Part shown: in pieces, positions 38,214-46,969 of the stretch | Layout: every line of letters begins with the position of its first letter | Position numbering within the stretch: position 1 is the first letter of the stretch | Assembly: GCA_044222475.1 (NCBI GenBank) | Contig: JBGANF010000005.1 | Location: 64,001-128,000 of the forward strand | Length of the DNA: 64,000 bases | Direction: 5' to 3' | Source: Polyangiaceae bacterium | Lineage (GTDB): Bacteria > Myxococcota_A > Polyangia > Polyangiales > Polyangiaceae | Notes under the pieces: model-generated | The model's input: the letters and a program-made list of their open reading frames with translations, nothing else | Told to the model about the DNA's origin: nothing | The model's database searches: none | Translations under genes and position numbers: made by a program

Positions 38214-38878
38214 GGACGACGATGAACGCCAAGCTCCTCACCGCCCTCTTCGCCACCGCCACCGCCCTGTCGGTGGGCGCGTGCAGCGCACCGTCGGACC
38301 GCCTCGACGAGGACCCGCTCGACCCCACCGGCGACGGCGGATCGAAGACCGACGGCGGTCAGACGATCGCGTGCACCGAGACCTCCGCCGGCCGCAGCTA
38401 CAAAGGCTTCGAGGGCGAGCTGCTCGACGGCACGCGCCTCATGGAGAACATGGGCCAGGATCGCGCGCGGCTGAAGCCGTTCGCGGCGCTCAGTGAAGAG
38501 TACGCGCGCGTGTTCGGCGCGGTTCCGGCGAGCCTCGCGGGCTCGGCCGACTCGTTCGCCGTCCCGCCCGCGCGTTGGTACGAAGAGCCGCAGGCGACCG
38601 GCGTCGGGCTGGCGGCGCTCTACGGCATCGGCTTCGAGGCAGGCCTCGCGTACGCGAAGGCGAACGCGCAGTACGCCGCCGCGCCGACGGCGCAGACGGC
38701 CGGCACCGAGTGCGCGGCCTTCATGAAGAAGGCGTGGCTCCGAACGCCGGTCCCCGCGGAGATCGATCAGTGCGTCACCCTCGCGACGACCGGCGTCGCG
38801 AAGGAGCCGAACGCGCAGCGCAAGTGGGCTTACGTCTTCGCGATGGTCGTCTCGTCGACGCCCTTCATCACCTACTGA
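38210..38878 (+). CDS. Hypothetical lipoprotein (DUF1595-like helical C-terminus)
   Basis: Lipobox VGAC; FMKKAWLRTPVPAEI; KWAYVF...PFITY; ATGA overlap. Confidence 0.7.
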   Translation: MRTTMNAKLLTALFATATALSVGACSAPSDRLDEDPLDPTGDGGSKTDGGQTIACTETSAGRSYKGFEGELLDGTRLMENMGQDRARLKPFAALSEEYARVFGAVPASLAGSADSFAVPPARWYEEPQATGVGLAALYGIGFEAGLAYAKANAQYAAAPTAQTAGTECAAFMKKAWLRTPVPAEIDQCVTLATTGVAKEPNAQRKWAYVFAMVVSSTPFITY

Positions 38879-38886
38879 GGAATGAG

Positions 38887-40146
38887 ATGAGCTCGTCCAA
38901 ATTCGCACTCTCTCGCCGCGGGATCCTCAAGGGCGCGCTCGCGCTCGGCGGCGCAGCGCTCGGCGCGCGCCTCGGTGGTCGCGGCTGGCTCCCCGAGGCG
39001 CAGGCCGCGGGCGAGACGTCGCACGTCGTCTTCATCTACCTCCCCGGCGGGTTCAACGGCGCGCTCGGCGGTTCGGCGAACGCGTTCGTCACCGGCAACA
39101 AGTTCGGACTCACGTCGACGAACATCCAGATGATCGGCAACGGTCTCTCGACCGACAAGGCCACGTTCGGGACGCTCCCCGCGTTCGCGCTGCAACACTG
39201 GCGCGGAGTCGGCGCGCGTCACGGCGTGACGAGCCACACCACCCCCGACAACAGCAACGGCGGCGGCGAGCGCGCGCTCACCCGTCGCGGCACGAGCAGC
39301 TACCTCACCCAGCTCGCCGCGGCGATGGGCGGCGACTCCGCGCTCAAGGCGGTGCACCTCGGGGACTACCCCGCCTACCGGACGCAACCGTCGTCGGGCG
39401 GCGTGTCGCTGCAGCGCGTGTCGGATCTCTCGAGCGCGATCAAGGCGCTCGGAGCGGGCGGCACCGACCCGACCGCGCCCGATCGCACCATCGCCGGCGC
39501 GGGCCTCCAGTCGGCGGCGAACGCGTCCGGTCCTCAGATCACCGCGAACCCGCGCAGCCTCTTGTCGGTCGACGACGCGTACAAGGCCGGCATCGCGACG
39601 CTGCTCAAGCCGCCGCCGCCACCGGTGACGTTCCCCGAGATCTCCACCGCGTACGGCCTGGGCGGCGGGACTGCCGTCCAGAGCTTCGCGTCGCAGATGG
39701 CGGGCGCCGAGGTCATGATCCGCGCCGCGAGCTCGAACGTGATCAGCGTCTTCGATCAAGGCTTCGTCGGTTGGGACTTCCACCAGGTCTCGGGCGGCGT
39801 GTCGCAGAACATGATCTTCTCGCGCAACCGCCTCCTCGGAGCCGGCGCGTTCGACGATCGCATGACGCCGCTCAAGACGTTCATGAACCGGATGCTCAAC
39901 CTGCCGGATCGCAACGTCGTCGTCGCGATCATGGGCGACTTCGTGCGCGTACCCAATGGGGACCACGGCGACGGCGTCGTCGCGGCGGTGTTCGGGAAGT
40001 ACGTGAAGCAGGGTCTGAGCTTCGGTTGCGACGGCAACGCGCGCTTCAACGGAGCGCCGGGAGTCGATGCGCTGTGGTCGGCGATCGCGGCCGCGGCGAA
40101 GTGCCCGGGCTCGCCGTTCGGAGCGAACCCGCACGGGATCGTCTGA
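38887..40146 (+). CDS. Tat-exported DUF1501-like protein
   Basis: LSRRGILKG Tat motif; VFIYLPGGFN; GWDFH; MGDFVRVPNGDHG. Confidence 0.75.
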   Translation: MSSSKFALSRRGILKGALALGGAALGARLGGRGWLPEAQAAGETSHVVFIYLPGGFNGALGGSANAFVTGNKFGLTSTNIQMIGNGLSTDKATFGTLPAFALQHWRGVGARHGVTSHTTPDNSNGGGERALTRRGTSSYLTQLAAAMGGDSALKAVHLGDYPAYRTQPSSGGVSLQRVSDLSSAIKALGAGGTDPTAPDRTIAGAGLQSAANASGPQITANPRSLLSVDDAYKAGIATLLKPPPPPVTFPEISTAYGLGGGTAVQSFASQMAGAEVMIRAASSNVISVFDQGFVGWDFHQVSGGVSQNMIFSRNRLLGAGAFDDRMTPLKTFMNRMLNLPDRNVVVAIMGDFVRVPNGDHGDGVVAAVFGKYVKQGLSFGCDGNARFNGAPGVDALWSAIAAAAKCPGSPFGANPHGIV

Positions 40147-40147
40147 G

Positions 40148-40431
40148 CTATTTGATCGTGAACGCCGTGCAGGCGGCGCTCACCTTCGACGTGCCTGCGG
40201 CGACGTCGATGTCCTTGTAGCGAAGCCCGGGGAGATCCCGCCCGAGCTACAGGGGTCGTCCACCGGTTGGGTGTTGGGCCGGTAGACGTCGAGGGCCGCG
40301 ATCGGACCATCGGGCCACGAAAACGTCACGTTGGTGCCCGAGACGTCGGCGACGATCGGCGGGCGCTCGGGCGTGGACGAGCACGCGATGAAGACGACGA
40401 GCGCACCGAACGCGGCCGGCGCCGCTCTCAT
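40148..40431 (-). pseudogene. Small lipoprotein with apparent frameshift or internal deletion near 40225
   Basis: FIAC lipobox frame ends at 40180; a shifted frame YKDIDVAAGTSKVSAACTAFTIK* with typical codon usage ends at 40148. Confidence 0.5.
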
Positions 40432-41174
40432 TTCTTCTCGACGCCCTTGTCGGTGAAGACTCCCACGCGGATCGACTTCGGCGTCGTCAGCTCGACCGCG
40501 TAGAACACCTTGCCGACCTTGCGCACGTCGGTCGTCGGTCCTTCGAAGTGCCAGCCGTTCGGCATGCTCACGATCTTCGAGGTCGCCTTCTCGCAGCGGC
40601 CGTTCGCGTCCGCCCACACCTTCTTCGGGATCTCGGCGCGATACGCGAACTCGGATCCCTCGAGGATGTCGGTGACGGCCTGGCTCGCATCGCCGTACTC
40701 GCCCTTCGCGTCGGTGAACGTCGACATCGCCGCGAAGCGGTCACCGCTGCGCTTGTCGACGGCGAGCACCGCGAACGTCGGCTTCTTGAGGGCGGCCGCG
40801 ACCGGGGTGTCGGCCTGGAGCTCGACGACGAAGCCGAAGAGCACGCCCTGATCGTCCATGGTGCCGTCACGCTCGCCCTTCGCGAAGTCGTCCATCGCGC
40901 ACCACGCGCCGGAGACGACCGCGTGCTCGCCGAACCCGGGCTTCTTCGCCGGGCACGGCGAAGACTTCGTCAGGTCTTTGAGGAGCGACGCGACCCACGC
41001 CTGGTCCGTGACCGAGGCTGCGGTCGGCTTCGCCGCGCTCGCGCTCGCAGCGACGACCGCCGAGGCCGACGCAGCTGGGCCCGCATCGCTCGCAGGCGCC
41101 GGGGCCTTGCAGGCGAGGGTGACTCCGAGGACGAGGACGATGGCGGCGGCGACGGACGCGGCTTCGGTTCGCAT
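40428..41174 (-). CDS. Hypothetical lipoprotein
   Basis: Lipobox TLAC; Ala/Ser linker; 248 aa with strong codon bias. Confidence 0.72.
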   Translation of the reverse strand: MRTEAASVAAAIVLVLGVTLACKAPAPASDAGPAASASAVVAASASAAKPTAASVTDQAWVASLLKDLTKSSPCPAKKPGFGEHAVVSGAWCAMDDFAKGERDGTMDDQGVLFGFVVELQADTPVAAALKKPTFAVLAVDKRSGDRFAAMSTFTDAKGEYGDASQAVTDILEGSEFAYRAEIPKKVWADANGRCEKATSKIVSMPNGWHFEGPTTDVRKVGKVFYAVELTTPKSIRVGVFTDKGVEKK

Positions 41175-41207
41175 GGCCGCGGACCCTACCAGATGTCGGG
41201 CCGTCGA

Positions 41208-42593
41208 TCACTTCGGGCGGACGACGATCGGGCTGGCCTTGGACCACGCACGCACGACGCCGTCGGCCTCCTCGACGCGGCACCCGCCGCATTCGACGCT
41301 CGTACCAGCTTGGTACACGGCCTTCGGAACGACGATCTCGGTCGGCTCGGTGATCGAGCCGTCGGGGACGAACGTGATGGTGAGCGCGCGCGTCGCCTCG
41401 TCGTAGGCGAAGCTCGAGAGCTTCCCGGCGACCCGCGACGGGTACGGCCGCACGACGGCGTCGTAGAGCGTCTGCTTCGGCTTTCCCGACGCGTCGAGCA
41501 AGGAGTACCCGCCGTCGTTCTTGTCGTAGCTCCAGTACATGGACCCGGCGGCGACCGCGGCCGCGCCGTCGTACTCGGCGTCCATGTACGGCGCGACGCC
41601 GGGGATCGTCGACTGCGAGCCGTACTCGCCGATCCAGAGCGCCGCGTCGAGGGCGTCGGCCTCGGCGCGGAGCGCCTTGAAGTTGGCAAGGATGCCGTCG
41701 CGCTTCTTGTCGTCGAAGGGGGCGCCGCCCTCGGCGTCGCGATCGTACGAGTGCGGCGAATACACGACGTCGCCGAACGCGAACTTCGTCAATTTGGTCG
41801 GCAACCCGAGGTTGCGACTCGCGCCCGGCTCGATGAACGCGAGCCAGCCAGGCGCCGACTCGCGCACGGCGAGCGTCGCGTCGACGTACACCGAGGTCAG
41901 AAGGTCGACCTCGTAGCCTTGCGCGGAGTACGAGCCCCACGCGGGTTCGTTCATGGGGTCGAAGCCGAGGACTCCGGCGTGCCCGGCCAGGCGCTTCGCG
42001 ACGCGGCGCCACGCTTCCGTGTAGTGTGCACGCAACTCGGTGCTGGCGTAGAACCCGTCCACGCAGGCCTGCACGTGCGGGTCGAGGTAGTTCAGGAACC
42101 ACGGGTTCTGCGGGACGAACGCGGCGTAGTGGCTCGCGTCGCACGTCCACTTCGGCGCGCCGTTGCCGCCGCCGAGGGCGAACCCCTCGCCGTAGACGTC
42201 TTGGTGCATGTCGAGCACGACGTAGAGGCCGGCGGCCTCGCACCAGGCGACGTGCTCTTCGAGCGCGGCGAGGTAGGTGTCGTCGTACTTGCCCTTCTCG
42301 GGCTCGACGGCGCTCCACGACACGAGGAAGCGGGCCGCGTTGAAGCCCCAGTCCGTGCGGAGCTTCACCAAGTCGTCCTTCGTGTAGTCGCCGAAGTAGG
42401 GCGCGTACTTCTGGCTGCCGGTGACGTTGGCGCCGCGCAGGATCAGCGTGCGCCCATCGGCGAGGACGATGGCGCCGCTCGCGACGTGAGTGCGGTTCGG
42501 GCGCGGCTCGACGGCGGGAGTGCTCGAGCAATCGAGCGACAGCCCGACCGCCGCGAGGACGACGCTTGCGACGATGTTTCGCTTCCAAGCCAC
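41208..42593 (-). CDS. Glycoside hydrolase family 5, endoglycoceramidase-like
   Basis: LRGANV, GFNAARFLVSWSAVEP, LDMHQDVY, GNGAPKW, MNEP, YSPHSY, IGEYG, VRPYPSRVAG. Confidence 0.9.
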   Translation of the reverse strand: MAWKRNIVASVVLAAVGLSLDCSSTPAVEPRPNRTHVASGAIVLADGRTLILRGANVTGSQKYAPYFGDYTKDDLVKLRTDWGFNAARFLVSWSAVEPEKGKYDDTYLAALEEHVAWCEAAGLYVVLDMHQDVYGEGFALGGGNGAPKWTCDASHYAAFVPQNPWFLNYLDPHVQACVDGFYASTELRAHYTEAWRRVAKRLAGHAGVLGFDPMNEPAWGSYSAQGYEVDLLTSVYVDATLAVRESAPGWLAFIEPGASRNLGLPTKLTKFAFGDVVYSPHSYDRDAEGGAPFDDKKRDGILANFKALRAEADALDAALWIGEYGSQSTIPGVAPYMDAEYDGAAAVAAGSMYWSYDKNDGGYSLLDASGKPKQTLYDAVVRPYPSRVAGKLSSFAYDEATRALTITFVPDGSITEPTEIVVPKAVYQAGTSVECGGCRVEEADGVVRAWSKASPIVVRPK

Positions 42594-42609
42594 GACGCCA
42601 GTGTAGCGC

Positions 42610-42831
42610 TCAGTCGGCATCGGCGTCGGCGATCGTCGCGTCGCCGCCGGCGTCGGCCACGCCCGCCTCGGCGTCGAGGGGGATCAGCTCGGGAGGGTCC
42701 CCCGCAGCGTCGTACGGCGGGATGCCGGGTCCGCCGACGAAGTTGCCGACGACCTCGTTGCCGCAAGCGTAGGCCACCGCGGCGACGCCCACGCTAGCGA
42801 CCAACAGCCGTCGACCAACGAGCTTCCTCAT
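42610..42831 (-). CDS. Very small acidic lipoprotein
   Basis: 73 aa; AYAC lipobox followed by a DAG-rich tail. Confidence 0.55.
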   Translation of the reverse strand: MRKLVGRRLLVASVGVAAVAYACGNEVVGNFVGGPGIPPYDAAGDPPELIPLDAEAGVADAGGDATIADADAD

Positions 42832-43207
42832 CGCCTCCGAGAATGCCTCGGATCGCGGCGCCGACGAAGAGCGGATTGTCGACGACGACCGGCTTGCCGG
42901 GAACGATCGCGGTGGTCGTGAGCTCGACCACGGATCCCTGTGGGTCGTCGCGTTCGCACGTGTCCTGCTTCAGCCGATCGAAATGCACGAGCTGATCACG
43001 CGCGCGCTGGGTGACGACGAGGCGAAAGTCGGCGGCCCGGGTGCACCCGCCCGACGCGACGTTGATGCGAAGCGTGGTCGTCGCCCCCGCGCCGGAGGTC
43101 TGAACGATCTTGGTGACGGTCACCGGCTCGACTCTCGGTGAGCCGGCGAACGACGGCACGGCGACGAAACACACGGCAGCGAAAACGGCGAACCCAACTC
43201 GACGCAT
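42794..43207 (-). CDS. Secreted hypothetical protein
   Basis: Signal peptide; VASGGCT..DF..RLKQDTCE; SD AAGGAG. Confidence 0.65.
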   Translation of the reverse strand: MRRVGFAVFAAVCFVAVPSFAGSPRVEPVTVTKIVQTSGAGATTTLRINVASGGCTRAADFRLVVTQRARDQLVHFDRLKQDTCERDDPQGSVVELTTTAIVPGKPVVVDNPLFVGAAIRGILGGDEEARWSTAVGR

Positions 43208-43288
43208 GAAGTGTCTCCTTGCCGAACCCATACGCGCCAGCGCGACGTTCGATCTGATCTCGACCCCGCGGCCACCGCCGGGACGGCC

Positions 43289-43316
43289 TTGCGCTTTCGA
43301 CGTTCGCCACTATGAT
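43289..43316 (+). promoter_or_regulatory. Sigma70-type promoter TTGCGC-N16-TATGAT for transposase
   Basis: Near-consensus hexamers in an AT-rich patch, 11 nt before ATG 43328. Confidence 0.55.
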
Positions 43317-43327
43317 TGCCCTAATCA

Positions 43328-43996
43328 ATGGCGAACGCGACCCAGCTCGAGCTTCCGACGCGCCGCACCGGGCGTGGTGGGGCTCGCCCGGGCGCCGGGC
43401 GCAAACCGGGGACGCGGCGCCGGGTCCCGCACCGCGCGCGGCCGCCGCACCGCGCGGCGCACCCGGTCCACGTGACGCTCCGCGCGCGCGCCGGTCTGCC
43501 CTCGTTTCGCGAGCAGGCCATCGCCGACGCCGTGCGGGAAGCGATCGCGGCTTCGGCGCGTTCGACGATCCTGGGAAGCTCGTTCCGGATCCTGCACTTC
43601 TCGGTGCAGACGAATCACCTGCACCTCATCGTCGAGGCGACCGACAAGCTCGCGCTCTCGCGCGGCATGCGAGGTCTGAGCACCCGCCTCGCGCGGTCGG
43701 TGAATCGCGTGCTGCGCGTCCGCGGAAGAGTCTGGAGCGAGCGCCATCACCGGCGGCCGCTCCTGAACCCGCGCGAGGTACGCAACGCGATCGTCTACGT
43801 GCTGATGAACGCCAAGAAGCACGGGGTGCGCCTGGCGAGCATCGATCGTTTCTCGTCGGCGCGATGGTTCGATGGCTTCGCGGACTTCACGCCCTCGACC
43901 GACGAGCGGCCGACGGTCGTGCCGAAGACGTGGCTCGGGGGAGCCGGCTGGCGAACCCGCGGTCTCATCCGCGTCGCCGAGCGACCGCGCTCCTGA
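43328..43996 (+). mobile_element. Y1 HUH transposase, REP-associated (RAYT)/IS200-like
   Basis: PVHVTLR, FSVQTNHLHLIVE (HUH), VWSERHH, YVLMNAKKH catalytic Tyr, DRFSS. Confidence 0.85.
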
Positions 43997-44020
43997 CGCC
44001 GAAACGGGTATGCTTCGCCG

Positions 44021-44413
44021 ATGAGCATCTTCAAGACGCTCGCCGACAAGGCCCGCGCGAAGAAAGAAGAGATGGAGCGCGAGGCCGCCAAGAAGGCGGC
44101 CGAGCTCGCGTTCGAGCAGAGCAAGAAGGCGGCGAAGTCCGCCCTCGAGCGCGCGGGCAAGTCGATCGAGAACGCGCTCTTCGGAGACGACGAGGATGCC
44201 CCCGCTTCGGACGCGCCGCCGCCTTCGTCGAAGAAGCCGCCGTCGCGCCGGCCGAAGCCCGCGCCGAAGCCCGCGCCGAAGCCCGCGCCGCGCGCAGCTC
44301 CCAAGGAAGACGAGCGCGCCCTCGCCGCGAAGCGCCGCGCCGAAGACGAGGCCAAGCTCGACAAGCAGGTCGACGACGACCTCGCCGCGCTGAAGCGCAA
44401 GCTGAAGAAGTGA
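44021..44413 (+). CDS. Lys/Ala-rich coiled-coil hypothetical protein
   Basis: 130 aa; C-terminal VDDDLAALKRKL (PspA-tail-like); TATGCT 6 nt upstream. Confidence 0.7.
   Translation: MSIFKTLADKARAKKEEMEREAAKKAAELAFEQSKKAAKSALERAGKSIENALFGDDEDAPASDAPPPSSKKPPSRRPKPAPKPAPKPAPRAAPKEDERALAAKRRAEDEAKLDKQVDDDLAALKRKLKK
44251..44290 (+). repeat. 12-bp tandem repeat GCCGAAGCCCGC x3 (PKPA linker)
   Basis: Directly visible, in frame. Confidence 0.85.
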
Positions 44414-44419
44414 CCCGAC

Positions 44420-45970
44420 ATGGTGGGGGACTTGCTGCACTGGTTCACTGGTCCCTACCTGAAGGACACACAGGCGTCCTTCCGGTGGAAGCGCTGGAAC
44501 ACGACCTGGCTGTACATCTATCCGCTCGGTGCATTTCTTCACCTCACGTTCATCCCGCTCTTTGCGCTCCTCGGCGTACCAGTCCTCGCGTGGGTGAACG
44601 TCGGCAGCACGCTAGCGTGGATCATCGGCACGTTCGTCTACCGTGGTGGTCGCCCCCGCCTCGCAGGGCGGATCGCCTTCGTCGAGATCGTGGTGCACGC
44701 GGCGGCGTGCGTGCACCAAATCGGTTGGGAGGCGGGGCTTCAGCACGCGATGTCGTTACTCGCCCTCGGGCTCGCTTCACCTTGGCTCTCGCGCGCAGAG
44801 CGAGTGATCCAGGTCTCGATCGTCATCGGCGCGACCGTCGTCTGTCGCTCGTTCGGTCCACCCGCAGTTCAGCTGAACCATACCGTCGTTCTGGTGATGT
44901 CGGGCACGTTCGCCGTCCTCCTGTTCGTCGTCTTTGTCTTCATGTTTCTCATGATGAACGGTACCGCCGACCGCCTCGAAGCCGAGCTCGCTCGCGAGCG
45001 CGCGAAGACCGAGCAGCTCCTCAAGCAGGAAGTGAAACACCAGGTGGCTGAGCGCTCGCGCGAGCTCGGGTCCGTCCTAGCCGCAACCGAGGGACCCGTT
45101 GGCACGACCCCACTCACACCCGGGGAGCGATTCGCTGCACGCTACAAAGTCGTACGCACGCTCGGCGCCGGCGGCATGGGCGCGGTCTACGAGGTCGAGC
45201 GGCTCACCGACGGTCAACGCCTGGCGTTGAAGGTCGTACCGCGAGAGGTGACGGGTACCGCCGCCGCGCGGTTCGCGCGCGAAGCCGAGATTGGGGCGCG
45301 AGTGCACCACGAGAACCTCGTCTCGATCGTCGACGTAGGTGTGTCGCCGCAAGGCGCGGTATTCCTAGCGATGGAGCTCGTGGACGGTGGCTCGCTCGAG
45401 GAGTGCCGCGCTCGATTCGGGCAGGCCGCGTGGGCGGTGCCGATCCTGCGTCAAGTCGCGGCCGGTGTCGCCGCCCTCCACGGGGCGGGCGTCGTGCACC
45501 GCGACTTGAAACCGGGCAATGTTCTCCTGTCCGGTTCAGCAGACGCTCCGACCGCGCGGATCTCGGACTTCGGGATCTCCCGCTTCGGCGCCATCGACGA
45601 CTCGGTGAACCCGAACGCGGCCACCATCGACGTCGCCAAAGCGGCGACCGCAGCCGGGCTCACGGGGACGAACGCGCTGCTCGGGACTCCGCTCTACATG
45701 GCACCGGAGGCGGCGCGCGGGGGCCGCGAAGTGGACACTCCGGCGGACGTGTTTGCGTTCGGGATCCTCGCGTACGAGCTCCTCACCGGGAGCTCCCCAT
45801 TCGCGATGCCTCCCGTCCTCCTCGCGATGGCCGGGCAGCCCATCATCGCGCCGGCAGCGATCGACGGCGAGATCTCCGAAGCGGTTCGATCGATCGTGCT
45901 CCGCTGCCTCGAGGTCGACTCGAAGGCCAGGCCGCGAATCCAGGACGTGATCACCGCGTTCGGCGTGTGA
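44420..45970 (+). CDS. Ser/Thr protein kinase with N-terminal multi-TM sensor domain
   Basis: LGAGGMGAVY, ALK, HRDLKPGN, DFG, GTPLYMAPE, DVFAFG; ~6 TM N-terminus. Confidence 0.93.
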   Translation: MVGDLLHWFTGPYLKDTQASFRWKRWNTTWLYIYPLGAFLHLTFIPLFALLGVPVLAWVNVGSTLAWIIGTFVYRGGRPRLAGRIAFVEIVVHAAACVHQIGWEAGLQHAMSLLALGLASPWLSRAERVIQVSIVIGATVVCRSFGPPAVQLNHTVVLVMSGTFAVLLFVVFVFMFLMMNGTADRLEAELARERAKTEQLLKQEVKHQVAERSRELGSVLAATEGPVGTTPLTPGERFAARYKVVRTLGAGGMGAVYEVERLTDGQRLALKVVPREVTGTAAARFAREAEIGARVHHENLVSIVDVGVSPQGAVFLAMELVDGGSLEECRARFGQAAWAVPILRQVAAGVAALHGAGVVHRDLKPGNVLLSGSADAPTARISDFGISRFGAIDDSVNPNAATIDVAKAATAAGLTGTNALLGTPLYMAPEAARGGREVDTPADVFAFGILAYELLTGSSPFAMPPVLLAMAGQPIIAPAAIDGEISEAVRSIVLRCLEVDSKARPRIQDVITAFGV

Positions 45971-46014
45971 CGAACCCTCCGTCCGGTTTGCTCTTCGCTC
46001 CCCGTCGGTGACTA

Positions 46015-46031
46015 AGAGTCTTCTTGACTCT
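46015..46031. promoter_or_regulatory. NrtR-like operator AGAGTC-TTCTT-GACTCT
   Basis: Perfect 6-bp inverted repeat with GT-N7-AC core in AT-rich context, 22 nt upstream of the PARG gene. Confidence 0.7.
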
Positions 46032-46053
46032 ATATCGAAGAAGTACGGAACCC

Positions 46054-46860
46054 ATGAAACGAAGCACCCTGGCCGCCCTCGGACGAGAGGCGGTCGAAAT
46101 CATGAAGCGCGGCACGTACCGCGCCCCCTCCGGCGTCGAAGTGAGCATCGCCGACGCGCAAGCCCGCGCCGTCGCCGCGACGCGCGAGTACCGGCCGACC
46201 GACGGCGACCTCCGCGAGCCGCGGCGCGACCGCTCCACGCGCTTCGAGGTCACCCCGGAGACGACGCTCGAAGCCGCGGCGCGCCTCGCGTCGACACGGC
46301 CGCTCGCGCTCAACTTCGCGTCGGCGACCAAGCCCGGCGGCGGCTTCCTCGGCGGCGCGCAGGCGCAGGAGGAGTCCATCGCGCGCTCGTCGAGCCTCTA
46401 CGCGGCCATCGTCGATCGCGAGATGCACCGCCACCACAGCCACCCGCGCAACCCGATGTACACGAGCTGGGCCATCACCTCGCCCGACGTGCCCGTGTTC
46501 CGCAAGGACGACGGCACGCTCCTCGAGCGGCCGTACGCCACCTCGTTCCTCACGTGCGCCGCGGTGAACGCCGGTGTCGTGCTCGCGCGCGATCCGAGCC
46601 GAAAGTCGGAGATCATGCGCGCGATGCGCGAGCGCATCCGGCGCATCCTCGCGATCGCCGCCCACGAGGACTACGCGACGCTGATCCTCGGCGCCTGGGG
46701 CTGCGGCGTCTTCCGCAACGACACCGAAGACATCGCGCTCGCGTTCCGCGAAGCGCTCGACGGTCCGTTCGCGGGCGCGTTCGAGCGCGTCGTGTTCGCC
46801 GTGTACGACACGTCGACCGAGCTGCGCTTCCGCGGCCCGTTCGTGCGCCGCTTCGCCTGA
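46054..46860 (+). CDS. TIGR02452 family bacterial poly(ADP-ribose) glycohydrolase (macrodomain)
   Basis: LNFASATKPGGGFLGGAQAQEESIARSS; SPDVPVFR; LILGAWGCGVFRN. Confidence 0.93.
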   Translation: MKRSTLAALGREAVEIMKRGTYRAPSGVEVSIADAQARAVAATREYRPTDGDLREPRRDRSTRFEVTPETTLEAAARLASTRPLALNFASATKPGGGFLGGAQAQEESIARSSSLYAAIVDREMHRHHSHPRNPMYTSWAITSPDVPVFRKDDGTLLERPYATSFLTCAAVNAGVVLARDPSRKSEIMRAMRERIRRILAIAAHEDYATLILGAWGCGVFRNDTEDIALAFREALDGPFAGAFERVVFAVYDTSTELRFRGPFVRRFA

Positions 46861-46940
46861 GCGGCGCAACGCGTGCAGGGCGACGCATCGTTCGCGCACG
46901 CCTCGAAGGCCACGCTTCTCGTTCCGCGTCATCGCCAGCG

Positions 46941-46956
46941 TGGCACGAGCGCTGCA
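46941..46956 (+). promoter_or_regulatory. Sigma54 promoter TGGCACGAGCGCTGCA
   Basis: TGGCAC...TGCA with GG-N10-GC, 15 nt upstream of ATG 46970. Confidence 0.62.
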
Positions 46957-46969
46957 GTACGGACGTCTC

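Noticed and set aside
42610..42831. RiPP precursor peptide
   Set aside because: It has a lipobox and the DAG-type linker common to local lipoproteins; no adjacent maturase
44251..44290. Tandem repeats (also 48570-48614) as CRISPR or REP elements
   Set aside because: Short, in-frame, spacerless repeats encoding low-complexity linkers; no cas genes
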